Of a stretch of DNA of 64,000 bases, positions 9,275-18,888 are shown in pieces; the first letter of the stretch is position 1; every line of letters begins with the position of its first letter. The notes under the pieces are model-generated. The model was not told the DNA's origin and did not search any database. It saw nothing but the letters and a program-made list of their open reading frames with translations. The stretch is taken from positions 128,001 through 192,000 of the IMG/VR virus record IMGVR_UViG_3300037067_008064; one strand, written 5' to 3'. The DNA is from a virus. Lineage: Duplodnaviria; Heunggongvirae; Uroviricota; Caudoviricetes. Made by a program: the position numbers and the translations under genes.

Positions 9275-10711
9275 TTATTCTTCTACTTCCAATTCTAATT
9301 CTGGTATTTGTATTGCATCTTCATATACATCTTCCCCATCCCATACCATGAATCCATTAATTTCGGTGACATCATCATCATCAAATAAATTAGTTGTGGT
9401 TCTCTTTGATTGAATACTTCTATTCACTGTTGGGTCACTAACACTTTCAAATATTTTTTGTGTTTTTTCTAATTCTTTTGTTTTTTTAGTTAAATCTTCT
9501 CCAAGTTTATGAATTAACTTAATTGTTTGTTCAATTTCTTCAGTTGTAAATTTTCTTGAAGTTAATCTTTCTAATCTTTCGATATGTTCTTTATCTTTTA
9601 ATTCATTATAAAATTCATCTATTTCTTTATTGTTTCTTTTCTTTTGAGTCATAAACTCAATAAATAATTTTTTATATTGATTAAATATTAATTCTTGTTC
9701 TAAAAATTCTTTTTCCCATTTGTTATTAAAATAATGAAGTCTTTTGGTTTGCCATTTCCAATCTTCTAAATATTGTTCAATACTATCATAAACTAAAACT
9801 TGTTTATCTTTAATAAAAACAATATTTTCAGTAACTAATATAGAAAATATTTTCTTTAAATATTCACATATTTCGTTAAACTCATTAGTACTTTTTCCAT
9901 TATAAACAATTTCAATATCAACTTTTTTATTAGAATTATTAATAATTTTAATTTTATTTTCATATTTATTATGAAGTGAATTAATTTTTTTAAGTACTGT
10001 TGCGTATTTAATAAACGGTGCAATTTCAGATATTTTAATTCTTTTATTATCAATATCTAAGTGTGAAGATATTAACCAAGTTTTATCTAAACCTTGAAAT
10101 TTTTCAATAAGACCATTAAAGTTTTTAAAATATGGTGTTACATTTTTAATTTTTCCATCTAAAAAATCTTTAATATCTTCCATTTTTCTTGGTAAAATAG
10201 TTGTTTTATACCCAATGGCAATTCCTATAATAGGGGTGGTTAATCCTAATGGAAAATCAAGCCAAAATGGATCATAATTGCCTTCTTCTTCACGAGTATT
10301 TAGGTAATTATATTTTTTAAGAATTTCATGAACTAGTTTTGATAATTTAACTTGTGTGTATCTTGGAGCAGCAGGGTCAGGTGATACCTCATTTCCAAAA
10401 AAACCATATCCTTCTAATATATCTAATGAATTACCAAATGGTCTTGCCAATTTAGCTAAACTTCCAGGCAATGAATCACCGTGATGATAATGATCTAACA
10501 TACATCTGCCAACAACACCAAGAGTTTTTTCAAAACCAAGATTAGTATTTTTTAAAATAAACCTTTGTACTGGAATTAAAGCATCATAAAAGGAAGGTAT
10601 ACCTCTTGATTCAAGAATATAAATTGCATAATTTCTAAATTCTGTATCAATAAGTTTACTTACAGGCAATTTAATTATCTTTTCTTTTTCAATTTCTGTT
10701 TTCTTTTTCAT
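9275..10711 (-). CDS. DNA topoisomerase II medium subunit (gp52/GyrA-like)
   Basis: RGIPSFYDALIPVQR, YHHGDS, catalytic AAPRYT. Confidence 0.93.
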   Translation of the reverse strand: MKKKTEIEKEKIIKLPVSKLIDTEFRNYAIYILESRGIPSFYDALIPVQRFILKNTNLGFEKTLGVVGRCMLDHYHHGDSLPGSLAKLARPFGNSLDILEGYGFFGNEVSPDPAAPRYTQVKLSKLVHEILKKYNYLNTREEEGNYDPFWLDFPLGLTTPIIGIAIGYKTTILPRKMEDIKDFLDGKIKNVTPYFKNFNGLIEKFQGLDKTWLISSHLDIDNKRIKISEIAPFIKYATVLKKINSLHNKYENKIKIINNSNKKVDIEIVYNGKSTNEFNEICEYLKKIFSILVTENIVFIKDKQVLVYDSIEQYLEDWKWQTKRLHYFNNKWEKEFLEQELIFNQYKKLFIEFMTQKKRNNKEIDEFYNELKDKEHIERLERLTSRKFTTEEIEQTIKLIHKLGEDLTKKTKELEKTQKIFESVSDPTVNRSIQSKRTTTNLFDDDDVTEINGFMVWDGEDVYEDAIQIPELELEVEE

Positions 10712-10920
10712 TCTTCTATTTCACTAATTAGTGTAACAAGTTCTGCATCTTCTGGAACTGGACTAACATCTTTAAAATATTCTTTTACAAGTTCTAAAGT
10801 ACAATCAATTGGTCTTAAGTCTGGAAGTAAAGTTGTAAACCATCCATCATAATCTGCATCATAAACATACCATTCTTTAGTAATTCTTTTATATAGAGCT
10901 TTTGCTTTAATTTTTTCCAT
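10708..10920 (-). CDS. Hypothetical protein
   Basis: Overlapping start/stop chain. Confidence 0.55.
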   Translation of the reverse strand: MEKIKAKALYKRITKEWYVYDADYDGWFTTLLPDLRPIDCTLELVKEYFKDVSPVPEDAELVTLISEIEE

Positions 10921-11119
10921 TTAAAAATATTATTAATAATATAACACAAACAAACATTATAATACCTAAGAATAATGAAAGTTTTCCATAATCAAAACTA
11001 TAGTATGTTCTATAACCAGGGCCTATTATACCATTATTTCCAGTTTGAGTATAAAACTTTCTTTTAAATCTATAATAGAAACTTCTCTTTTGTGGTCTAT
11101 AATTAAATTTGTTTGACAT
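10907..11119 (-). CDS. Small membrane protein
   Basis: C-terminal TM segment. Confidence 0.55.
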   Translation of the reverse strand: MSNKFNYRPQKRSFYYRFKRKFYTQTGNNGIIGPGYRTYYSFDYGKLSLFLGIIMFVCVILLIIFLNGKN

Positions 11120-11333
11120 TTTTATTTTTAATTATTGAATTAATTAATATTAAAGCAACCAAAGGGCCATAATTTATAAGACATATTATTAAAGGGAATA
11201 AAATAGTTATTAATATATTTGTTTGTGGATAAAACCACATAATTAAAATAGTATAAATAATACCTAATATTGGATATATTGGTACTAATGATTTTAATTC
11301 ATCTAAATTTTCTGTGTTAATGTGTATTTTCAT
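11103..11333 (-). CDS. Small membrane protein (2 TM)
   Basis: Hydrophobic segments. Confidence 0.55.
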   Translation of the reverse strand: MKIHINTENLDELKSLVPIYPILGIIYTILIMWFYPQTNILITILFPLIICLINYGPLVALILINSIIKNKNVKQI

Positions 11334-11529
11334 TTAATAATTCGTTTGTTGTTTTTTTAAATTCTTTATCATAAGGAACAAAAGTTGATATACAACCATT
11401 AGAACTGTTTTTATAATAAACCCAGCCTCCTGGTACTCTAATTACAATGAAGTCATATCCACAAATATTAACTTTAATTCCTTCGTTTAATTTTAAATCA
11501 TAAATTGATTTTTCGTCTTCTACATACAT
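11317..11529 (-). CDS. Hypothetical phage protein
   Basis: VIRVPGGWVY...STFVPY motif typical of small phage proteins. Confidence 0.6.
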   Translation of the reverse strand: MYVEDEKSIYDLKLNEGIKVNICGYDFIVIRVPGGWVYYKNSSNGCISTFVPYDKEFKKTTNELLNENTH

Positions 11530-11540
11530 ATTATTTTATT

Positions 11541-11762
11541 TTATAATGACCAAATATACCAAGCATATAAATTAGATAGTGTAAAAACTATCCATAAAAC
11601 TAATTGAGCCCAGTCTTTTCTTTTAAAAGCTAAATAAGCCCAAAACAAATTAGCAATTATCCATATTGGCCAACACCAAATTATTTTATATGCATTAAAA
11701 ATAACTCCAGTAATAGATAAAGCGGATGCAATCCACCCCATTATTTTAATCTTCATCATCAA
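11541..11762 (-). CDS. Short PnuC-like (nicotinamide riboside transporter family) 3-TM protein
   Basis: GWIASALSITGV...CWPIWIIANLFW...NLYAWYIW pattern. Confidence 0.6.
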   Translation of the reverse strand: MMMKIKIMGWIASALSITGVIFNAYKIIWCWPIWIIANLFWAYLAFKRKDWAQLVLWIVFTLSNLYAWYIWSL

Positions 11763-12063
11763 ATCCTAATAATTTATCTATATTAATAGACCCATTAGAT
11801 GCATAATCACATGGATTACAAGAAACAACTTCTAATTCATTATTAGAATTTAATTCAATCATAATTTGATGTGGGTCTTGCCAATCTCCGCCACATTGCA
11901 TAGTCATATAATTATCATTTATTTCCATAACTTGCCAATTTTCCATATCTAAAGGTTCTTGTTCACCTTCATAATCTATATCAGGCCAGTTTTTTACTTC
12001 CATATCATAAGGAAAACTATATTCATCCTTACATTCTTCTTTAATTTTTTCAATTATTGTCAT
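11746..12063 (-). CDS. Hypothetical protein
   Basis: Contains CGGDWQ; packed ORF. Confidence 0.6.
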   Translation of the reverse strand: MTIIEKIKEECKDEYSFPYDMEVKNWPDIDYEGEQEPLDMENWQVMEINDNYMTMQCGGDWQDPHQIMIELNSNNELEVVSCNPCDYASNGSINIDKLLGFDDED

Positions 12064-12086
12064 AATTTTTAATTTTATTATTATTT

Positions 12087-12338
12087 TTAATCAACATAAT
12101 CATTAATAAGTTGTTTAGCTTCTTCATCAGGAATTTCAAATTTTACATCATCCATATTATATTTAATATCCCCTTGCCACACTTCCTCAATAATAGATTC
12201 TCTATCTCTAAAATCACCTCCATTATCAAATACATGTTCTTCTTGTTCAGAATAACGTTCATTTAACCAATGATAAGCACCTTCTGGAAAGGTCTCTAAA
12301 AATTCTAAAAGTTCTTCTTTAGTTTTAATTATTGTCAT
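12087..12338 (-). CDS. Hypothetical protein
   Basis: Packed ORF. Confidence 0.55.
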   Translation of the reverse strand: MTIIKTKEELLEFLETFPEGAYHWLNERYSEQEEHVFDNGGDFRDRESIIEEVWQGDIKYNMDDVKFEIPDEEAKQLINDYVD

Positions 12339-13510
12339 TTTCCAAATCCTATTTTTTTATTGTTTGATTTATCAAAATTATTTACATCATTATAATTATA
12401 AATATCTGCCAAAGTCATTGGTTCTTTTACATCTATATTTTTATACCCAAGTTTATTTAATAATTTTATTGATTTTTCAATACTTAATTTTTCAAATTTA
12501 TAATTAACTCTTAATCTTCCTTTTCTTAATAAGGCCTCATCTATATTTTTACTATCAGTATTAAATGTACAAAGGATAGATAAATTTAAACAATCAGATA
12601 ATAAACCATCTGTTAAATTAAGTATATTTGATACAGCACTTGATCTATTTGAATCTCTTTTTTCTAATACAGGTTCAGCATCTTCTATAATTAATATTGA
12701 ATCATTATTATTAATTAAGAATGGAACGAAAGATGGATCAATAATAGATTGTACTAAATCATTTGGTATAAAAATAATTGGTTTTTTAATTTTGGAAGCA
12801 AGAAATCTAAGGAAAAATGTTTTCCCGGTTCCCGTGAATCCTGATAAAATATATAAACCAGATGCATTTTTCTTATTGATATTAGTAATTATTTTATTAT
12901 AAACTTCTATAAAATCATCATTATAATTATCTTCTAATGATAATTTAATTTTTTTTATATCAAATGCTTTCTTTTCAAATCCGTAGTGTGTTTTATATAC
13001 AATATAAATTTTATTTTCAAGAGTATAATTAACATAATTTTTAATTAGCCCTAACAAAATATGAAGTTTATTTGTTGGATTATCTAAATCTTTTTCATAT
13101 TTAGGATGATAAAATATTTTAATGTCTGTATTAGAAATATCAACAAAAATATCTTTTTCTAAAGTTATATCTATGAAAGTAGTAATTTCATTTTCTTCAT
13201 TTTCATCATTATAGATTTTCTTAATGTAACTTGTAGAAGGTGGTTTGAGTTTATTAATAAAATCCTCCATAAAAATTAATCCAATATTTTGAAATGAATA
13301 AACAGTTGGAATTATTGAATTAACTATAAAAAAATTAAAATATTGATATTCAAACCAACTATTAGATGCAACCAACGGCGCATCTTTAAACATATCATAA
13401 GCTAAAAAATCGTGTATGTTATAATAATTAAAAATGGATGCACGACTATCATCAAATTTAATTTTTTTAATATTTTTGTCTATTAAAAATATAGATTTAT
13501 TTTTTGTCAT
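12335..13510 (-). CDS. AAA+ ATPase
   Basis: Walker A GFTGTGKT, Walker B IIEDAE, ILNLTDGLL, SRH IDEALLRKGR. Confidence 0.92.
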   Translation of the reverse strand: MTKNKSIFLIDKNIKKIKFDDSRASIFNYYNIHDFLAYDMFKDAPLVASNSWFEYQYFNFFIVNSIIPTVYSFQNIGLIFMEDFINKLKPPSTSYIKKIYNDENEENEITTFIDITLEKDIFVDISNTDIKIFYHPKYEKDLDNPTNKLHILLGLIKNYVNYTLENKIYIVYKTHYGFEKKAFDIKKIKLSLEDNYNDDFIEVYNKIITNINKKNASGLYILSGFTGTGKTFFLRFLASKIKKPIIFIPNDLVQSIIDPSFVPFLINNNDSILIIEDAEPVLEKRDSNRSSAVSNILNLTDGLLSDCLNLSILCTFNTDSKNIDEALLRKGRLRVNYKFEKLSIEKSIKLLNKLGYKNIDVKEPMTLADIYNYNDVNNFDKSNNKKIGFGK

Positions 13511-13640
13511 TTATATCTAAAATTGGAAATGTTATAAACTTTTTAGTTAATTCTGGATCAATATTTTGTCCAGATTCAAATTGTTCATTTATTTTTTGAT
13601 GTCTTTTAATTAATTTAAGTAATTCTTTTTTATTAATCAT
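13497..13640 (-). CDS. Small hypothetical protein (47 aa, not in ORF track)
   Basis: MINKKELLKLIKRHQKINEQFESGQNIDPELTKKFITFPILDINDKK fills the gap between the HNH and AAA genes. Confidence 0.5.
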   Translation of the reverse strand: MINKKELLKLIKRHQKINEQFESGQNIDPELTKKFITFPILDINDKK

Positions 13641-13642
13641 AA

Positions 13643-14350
13643 TTAACTTTTCGATTTTCTATTATTTTTTAAGTATGTTCTCGGTGGTTTTTTCTTTCCT
13701 TGTAATTTATTACTTATTTTTAATTTAGTTTCTTCTAACATTGGGCATCCTTTATTCCATGCAACTTTTCCTTTATGCGATTCACTAATATGTTTTTTAT
13801 GTTCTTCTGTAAAAGTTTTTCCTTTTTTTGCTTTACTCATTTTTTCTTTAGTTTCATCTGAACATTTTTTCCCTTTCATATATGTGTTTCCCATTTTCAA
13901 CAATCTCATTTTTTTCTTATGTTCTTCTGATTTTGGTTTACCTTTACGTTCATTAGACATTTTTTGTTTTGTTTCTTCGGAATGTTTTTGTAAACCACAT
14001 TTTCCTTTATTCCAAACAATTATAGGAAATTTAACTTTTAGTTCTCTTGCATATGCATAATCTCTTGAAGAAATATTATGTTTGCCTCGTTTATCAAAAG
14101 TCATTAAATTAAATGCACAAGCTATTTTTCTATTTTTTGAATAAATATAAGTTAATAATTTATGACAAACATAATGTTCTTTAGCTGTTAATAAAACTTT
14201 ATTTTCGTTTTCTTCTCCGCCACCTAAACATTTTGAAATAATATGGTGTTTTTCATAATAAACATAGTTTATATCGGTTTTCTTTATTTTTTTTCTATTT
14301 TTTAATTTAGCTTTGAAAATTATATTATCATAAATTTTTTGATGATTCAT
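13643..14350 (-). CDS. HNH homing endonuclease with NUMOD3 repeats
   Basis: YEKHHIISKCLGG..E..N.V.LTAKEHYVCHKLL; repeated HSEETKQKMS. Confidence 0.9.
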   Translation of the reverse strand: MNHQKIYDNIIFKAKLKNRKKIKKTDINYVYYEKHHIISKCLGGGEENENKVLLTAKEHYVCHKLLTYIYSKNRKIACAFNLMTFDKRGKHNISSRDYAYARELKVKFPIIVWNKGKCGLQKHSEETKQKMSNERKGKPKSEEHKKKMRLLKMGNTYMKGKKCSDETKEKMSKAKKGKTFTEEHKKHISESHKGKVAWNKGCPMLEETKLKISNKLQGKKKPPRTYLKNNRKSKS

Positions 14351-14513
14351 TATTTTCTTGAATAATTTTAGTTTCAGGAAGAAAATATAAAAAATTTCTT
14401 TTATTTATTTTTTTATATTTTATTGTTCCAGTACGGCGCCAATTATTTAATGTTTGAGTTGTTATATCATACATTTTAATAATTTGTTTTGGTGTGTAAC
14501 ATTGTTCTTCCAT
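14328..14513 (-). CDS. MerR/IS607-type HTH DNA-binding protein (probable start MEEQ at 14513)
   Basis: YTPKQIIKMYDITTQTLNNWRRTGTI; no catalytic domain. Confidence 0.75.
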   Translation of the reverse strand: MEEQCYTPKQIIKMYDITTQTLNNWRRTGTIKYKKINKRNFLYFLPETKIIQENNESSKNL

Positions 14514-14528
14514 ATTATATATCAAGAA

Positions 14529-14558
14529 TTTTAATAAGTTTTAATAAGTTTTAATAAC
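14529..14558. repeat. Three tandem 10-bp direct repeats TTTTAATAA(G/C), putative operator
   Basis: ttttaataag ttttaataag ttttaataac immediately upstream of the HTH promoter (14515-14523). Confidence 0.75.
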
Positions 14559-16372
14559 TATTTGTTTTGTAACCATTTTTTACGTTTATTAGAATCATCT
14601 TTTGAAAACGCTATATCTAAATACTTATTAGCTCCTCTATCATTTTTAATTAAAAACAATACTCTATTTTTCATTACATATTCCCAATCACTTTCATTTA
14701 AAGAACCTAATCCTTTTAAATATGTAACTTCTGATACCTTATGATTTTTAATAAAATCATTAAATTCTTCTAATGTGTAAAAATATTTTCTTTGTTTACT
14801 GTATGTACATACAACTAATGGAGTAACCAATCTATAAATTCTGTCATCATCCATTATATGTGGAAACCATTTTTGAAAGAAATTAACTAATAAACAAGTT
14901 ATGTGACCACCATCAGCATCAGAATCTGTTGCAATAACTATTTTATGATAAATCCCTGCTTTTCCATTACCGGGTTCTATATCAAGAATATTCATTATTT
15001 CTACAATTTCTTCATTACTTGTTAAATCAGATAACCTTCTTGTATTTTTAACCTTTCCTCTTAATGCATAAACACCTTCTGTTTCAGGATTTCTAGCTTG
15101 TTTAATTGAACCAGCCGCTGATAATCCTTCTGTTAAAAATATAATTTCTTTCTTTTTTGAAGGCGGTGTATATTTATTTGTTACTTTCTTTTTAAGATTC
15201 TTCTGGGCCCTTCTGATTTTATTAATGTTTTCGTTGTGTAATCTATTTTCTATTTCATTAAAAATTTCTTCAGATATATCAGATTCACTCAGACACGAAA
15301 TTAATTTCTTTCTAAAATTATTATTTAATAATTCTTCAATTTCTTCTTTAGTTACTGAATATTTTGTTTTAATTTGATCTGAGAATCTCATTAATTCTGA
15401 TGGCACATTAAGTGATATTAATGTTTCATAAAAATGATGTGCTAAATTATAATTAAAATATTCATTAAACCAATCTTGAACAATTTTTTGGTGTTTACCG
15501 GTACATTGTGAACCATTTATAAATGACAAAGAACATGAATTTTCATAGGATTTCCACAAATAAACAGTACCTAATTTAGTACTTACTTTAATACTATCTT
15601 TTGGTATAAATGTTTTTGTGATATCTAATGTAGTTGATTCATTATTTTCAATTAATGTACCATGTATTTTTAAATTAGAAATAACTGGGTCATTTTCAAT
15701 AATAAAATATTTATAAGATAAATATGTCTCTATTAAATCTTTGTCAAATTTTAAATCATAAAATACTTCTGGAGAAGGTGTAAATGAAATAATAGTACCC
15801 GTTTTACTTGATTTTAATTTTGGTTCTATTATTTCTTCATTACAATTAAAATCATTATAATGTAAATATACGTTATCTTCTTTATTAATAGTTGTTACTA
15901 TAAATTCTTTTGAAAGAATATTAACAATAGAAGCACCAACACCGTGTGTACCTAATATATTTGTTGAACTATCAACAAAATTAGAACCTGCATGTAATTC
16001 TTCCATTGCGGTTCTAACAACATTTTTTCTTGATTTTTTATGTTTATACCCAGCATTATGAAAACCTAATCCTTGGTCTTCAACTGTTATTTCATTTTTA
16101 TCAAGATTGAGTGTAACATAAATATTTTCCATTTTACCTTTGCACCTTTTAGCTTCATCTAATGCATTTTCAAATATTTCAATAAATAAATGCATTAACC
16201 CTGGTGACCAAGGTTTTTCTATTTCAATAATAGTATTATCCTTAATAATTGGTAATTTATCTTCTGTAAGTCTGACTTGTGAAATATACATTTCAGGTCT
16301 TAAACGTACAGCAGTAAAGGTATCAAGAAGAACTATTTCTTTATTATGATCTTGTTTTATTTTAATTGGCAT
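14558..16372 (-). CDS. DNA topoisomerase II large subunit (gp39+60/GyrB-like)
   Basis: EIFENALDE, GTHGVGAS, TOPRIM LTEGLSA, ALRGK, DSDADG, YLKGLGS. Confidence 0.95.
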   Translation of the reverse strand: MPIKIKQDHNKEIVLLDTFTAVRLRPEMYISQVRLTEDKLPIIKDNTIIEIEKPWSPGLMHLFIEIFENALDEAKRCKGKMENIYVTLNLDKNEITVEDQGLGFHNAGYKHKKSRKNVVRTAMEELHAGSNFVDSSTNILGTHGVGASIVNILSKEFIVTTINKEDNVYLHYNDFNCNEEIIEPKLKSSKTGTIISFTPSPEVFYDLKFDKDLIETYLSYKYFIIENDPVISNLKIHGTLIENNESTTLDITKTFIPKDSIKVSTKLGTVYLWKSYENSCSLSFINGSQCTGKHQKIVQDWFNEYFNYNLAHHFYETLISLNVPSELMRFSDQIKTKYSVTKEEIEELLNNNFRKKLISCLSESDISEEIFNEIENRLHNENINKIRRAQKNLKKKVTNKYTPPSKKKEIIFLTEGLSAAGSIKQARNPETEGVYALRGKVKNTRRLSDLTSNEEIVEIMNILDIEPGNGKAGIYHKIVIATDSDADGGHITCLLVNFFQKWFPHIMDDDRIYRLVTPLVVCTYSKQRKYFYTLEEFNDFIKNHKVSEVTYLKGLGSLNESDWEYVMKNRVLFLIKNDRGANKYLDIAFSKDDSNKRKKWLQNK

Positions 16373-16373
16373 A

Positions 16374-16802
16374 TTATTGTTTTACCGTATTAGTAGAATT
16401 AAATTCATCAATAACTTGTTGTGCTCTTTTTAAACTTTCTTTAGCTTGTTCTAATCTCCAGTTTCTATTTCTTTCTTCTTGTTCTGCTTTTTCTTTTTGA
16501 ATTTTATTAATTGAATCTTTAACTCGTTGTTCTTCTGAAAGTATTTCACCTTCACCCACATTTAATTCAATTAAATCTGCTATACCATATTCAGGATAAT
16601 TATTAGCCCACCAAGTTATTTGACCACGTGCCAGTGCTTTTTTAGTATAAATTCTAGCTTCTTGAACATTAGTAACCCAATGGTCTTTACCTTTTGCTCC
16701 AAGCCATGCACCAGTTTTACTTCTTATAAGATAAATTTTAATATCAACTGCTACGTACATTTTTAAACTGTTTAATTGCCGATGTAAATAATCCATTATC
16801 AA
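16374..16802 (-). CDS. Hypothetical protein with C-terminal coiled coil (start may be internal)
   Basis: ORF track. Confidence 0.55.
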   Translation of the reverse strand: MIMDYLHRQLNSLKMYVAVDIKIYLIRSKTGAWLGAKGKDHWVTNVQEARIYTKKALARGQITWWANNYPEYGIADLIELNVGEGEILSEEQRVKDSINKIQKEKAEQEERNRNWRLEQAKESLKRAQQVIDEFNSTNTVKQ

Positions 16803-17064
16803 AGTCTCTTGATAATTGCATTACATTTGTAAATTCATAATTAATTATTTCTGGATATTCTAGAGATACTTTTCCAAGATATGCTAAAAAATATTTTTCA
16901 TCAAAAGCAAATCCATCGTATTCTCCATTTTCAAAAATAATACTAATTCCTTTTTTATCAGGATGATCAAAGTCTTGATATTCTTCATAACAAACTCCAA
17001 TAGCACCAACTTCATTACCAAGACAAGGTGTCTGTAATGAATATACACTTCCTATATAACTCAT
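16744..17064 (-). CDS. Hypothetical phage protein
   Basis: GVCYEEY...SIIFENGEYDGF motif. Confidence 0.6.
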   Translation of the reverse strand: MSYIGSVYSLQTPCLGNEVGAIGVCYEEYQDFDHPDKKGISIIFENGEYDGFAFDEKYFLAYLGKVSLEYPEIINYEFTNVMQLSRDFDNGLFTSAIKQFKNVRSS

Positions 17065-17465
17065 TGTTCTATTTGTTTTTTATAATTTTCAATATACATA
17101 TAAATATTTTTACTTCCAATTCCATTAAATGAATGAATTAAATATTTTGGAAATTTAAGATTATTGTTTTGACAATATTCGCATAACCATTTAGCGCAAT
17201 GATATCCTGTTTTTTCTGAATAAACATCATAAGTAGGGTGAGTCCAATTTTTATAATGTTCATCAGCCAAATCATGATCAAAAGATACTAAATTTGGTAA
17301 ACCATTCTTAATTATATATGAGATAAATTGTTTATAGTTTCTTACTATAACCCAATCTAAATCAATATATGCTGGATTGTGTGTATAATACCACGCATCT
17401 TCTATGCCATCATTGTTTTTATCAAATGGTATTCTTACATCATCTAAAAAAAGATTATAACTCAT
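17061..17465 (-). CDS. Cyclic-phosphate-processing receiver-like domain protein
   Basis: LFLDDVR...WVIVRNY...SFDHDL...TGYHCAKWL...IHSFN. Confidence 0.75.
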   Translation of the reverse strand: MSYNLFLDDVRIPFDKNNDGIEDAWYYTHNPAYIDLDWVIVRNYKQFISYIIKNGLPNLVSFDHDLADEHYKNWTHPTYDVYSEKTGYHCAKWLCEYCQNNNLKFPKYLIHSFNGIGSKNIYMYIENYKKQIEQ

Positions 17466-17468
17466 TAG

Positions 17469-17651
17469 TTACTTTTTTAATTCTTTTTTAAAATAAAAAT
17501 GATAATAGTTATAGTGACCACTATCCATTCTATGGAATGAGGTTACTAATTCCCAACCATTTTGGCCTAATAGATTCAATGTTTTTTCAATTTCATTTAC
17601 ATCATTGTGCCCAAATACTATTTCTCTGTATTCAAATTTTTTCATAGCCAA
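17469..17651 (-). CDS. DUF4177-like protein
   Basis: FEYR...LNLLGQNGWELV...FYFKK. Confidence 0.75.
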   Translation of the reverse strand: MAMKKFEYREIVFGHNDVNEIEKTLNLLGQNGWELVTSFHRMDSGHYNYYHFYFKKELKK

Positions 17652-17941
17652 TATATTAAAACTTCAATAGGTTCATCACATCCAAAATGAAAATCTTTTT
17701 TATATGATTCAACAACTTTTAAAAAATCTTCCTTTCCATACCACCACCCAATAACATTAGATTTTCTAGGAGAATTTAATTCTAATTTTTCATAAGCATT
17801 AGTAGCTTCTTCTGCTGTTTCAAATACAAATGTATCTTCAAAACCCATTTGTGTAACAGCAATAGGATTAAATCCTTCTTGTTTAATTCTGTTGATATCT
17901 TCTTGAAAATCTTCTAAAGGTCTATCATGATTATATTTCAT
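17642..17941 (-). CDS. Hypothetical protein
   Basis: Packed ORF. Confidence 0.55.
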   Translation of the reverse strand: MKYNHDRPLEDFQEDINRIKQEGFNPIAVTQMGFEDTFVFETAEEATNAYEKLELNSPRKSNVIGWWYGKEDFLKVVESYKKDFHFGCDEPIEVLIYWL

Positions 17942-17945
17942 ATAA

Positions 17946-18362
17946 TTAATTTAATAATGCAACAATAACCCACTTAAGTGGGGGTCCTTCAAAATAATAT
18001 ATAGGGTCACCATATTTATCTTTATATCTAAGTATATTACCATCTAAATAATATACAGTTGGTTGAAATCTATCTTTATATTTAATTTCATTACCTTCAA
18101 ATACAAATTTAACTTCTCCATAACGGTCTTTATATCTTATTTTTTCACCGTCAAAATAATATATTGTTGGTTCATATTTATCATATCTGATATATTCTCC
18201 ATCAAAATAAAACATAATAATTCCATATTGATCTTTTTGACGCAATAATTCTCCATCAACAAAAGCAGCTGGATCACCATAACGGTCTTCATACCTAACT
18301 GTTTGTGATAATGTTACTAAACAAAGTAACCAAAATATTAATGTTGCTATAAAATTTTTCAT
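17946..18362 (-). CDS. Secreted beta-repeat protein
   Basis: Signal peptide plus about 6 repeats of xRYKDxYGxxxYYFDG. Confidence 0.65.
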   Translation of the reverse strand: MKNFIATLIFWLLCLVTLSQTVRYEDRYGDPAAFVDGELLRQKDQYGIIMFYFDGEYIRYDKYEPTIYYFDGEKIRYKDRYGEVKFVFEGNEIKYKDRFQPTVYYLDGNILRYKDKYGDPIYYFEGPPLKWVIVALLN

Positions 18363-18364
18363 AA

Positions 18365-18628
18365 TTATAAATTATTAATTCCCATTTTTTCTAAAATCCA
18401 ATGCATACCAAATTTAAAAAATTCAAATTCATGATTAGATGATTGCGGAACATATGCAGAATATTCTTTCTTTGCTTCAGATTCAAGATCTTTATTTAAA
18501 GGAAGTTCATTACATATTGTAAATGGACTATATTCTCTTCTTCCATTAGAATTTTTAACAAGTACTTGTTCAACAAATTCATCATCATAATGTGATACAA
18601 CTATTATTGTATGTTTTAAAGTTGCCAT
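18365..18628 (-). CDS. Hypothetical protein
   Basis: Packed ORF. Confidence 0.5.
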   Translation of the reverse strand: MATLKHTIIVVSHYDDEFVEQVLVKNSNGRREYSPFTICNELPLNKDLESEAKKEYSAYVPQSSNHEFEFFKFGMHWILEKMGINNL

Positions 18629-18629
18629 A

Positions 18630-18887
18630 TTAAAAATCTTTTAACCATTCTCTATCCTCAATTGGACCACAAATTTCCCAATTTTCTGGATTTTTAATTA
18701 TATCTAATAACCTTTGTTCAACCGTTCCTAACGCTGAACCCCATCCTTTTCTATCAAAACCTTTATATTCATTATCATAATATAAAAATTCTACACCATA
18801 TACATAAGTAGGATCATCTTTGTCACAATCTTTTTTACATAATCCCTTGCCTTCTTTTAAGGCTTTAATTAATTTATCTGATTCCAT
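18630..18887 (-). CDS. Hypothetical protein
   Basis: Packed ORF. Confidence 0.55.
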   Translation of the reverse strand: MESDKLIKALKEGKGLCKKDCDKDDPTYVYGVEFLYYDNEYKGFDRKGWGSALGTVEQRLLDIIKNPENWEICGPIEDREWLKDF

Positions 18888-18888
18888 T

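Noticed and set aside
14328-14558. Complete IS607 transposon
   Set aside because: Only the HTH is present; there is no serine-recombinase catalytic domain and no TnpB
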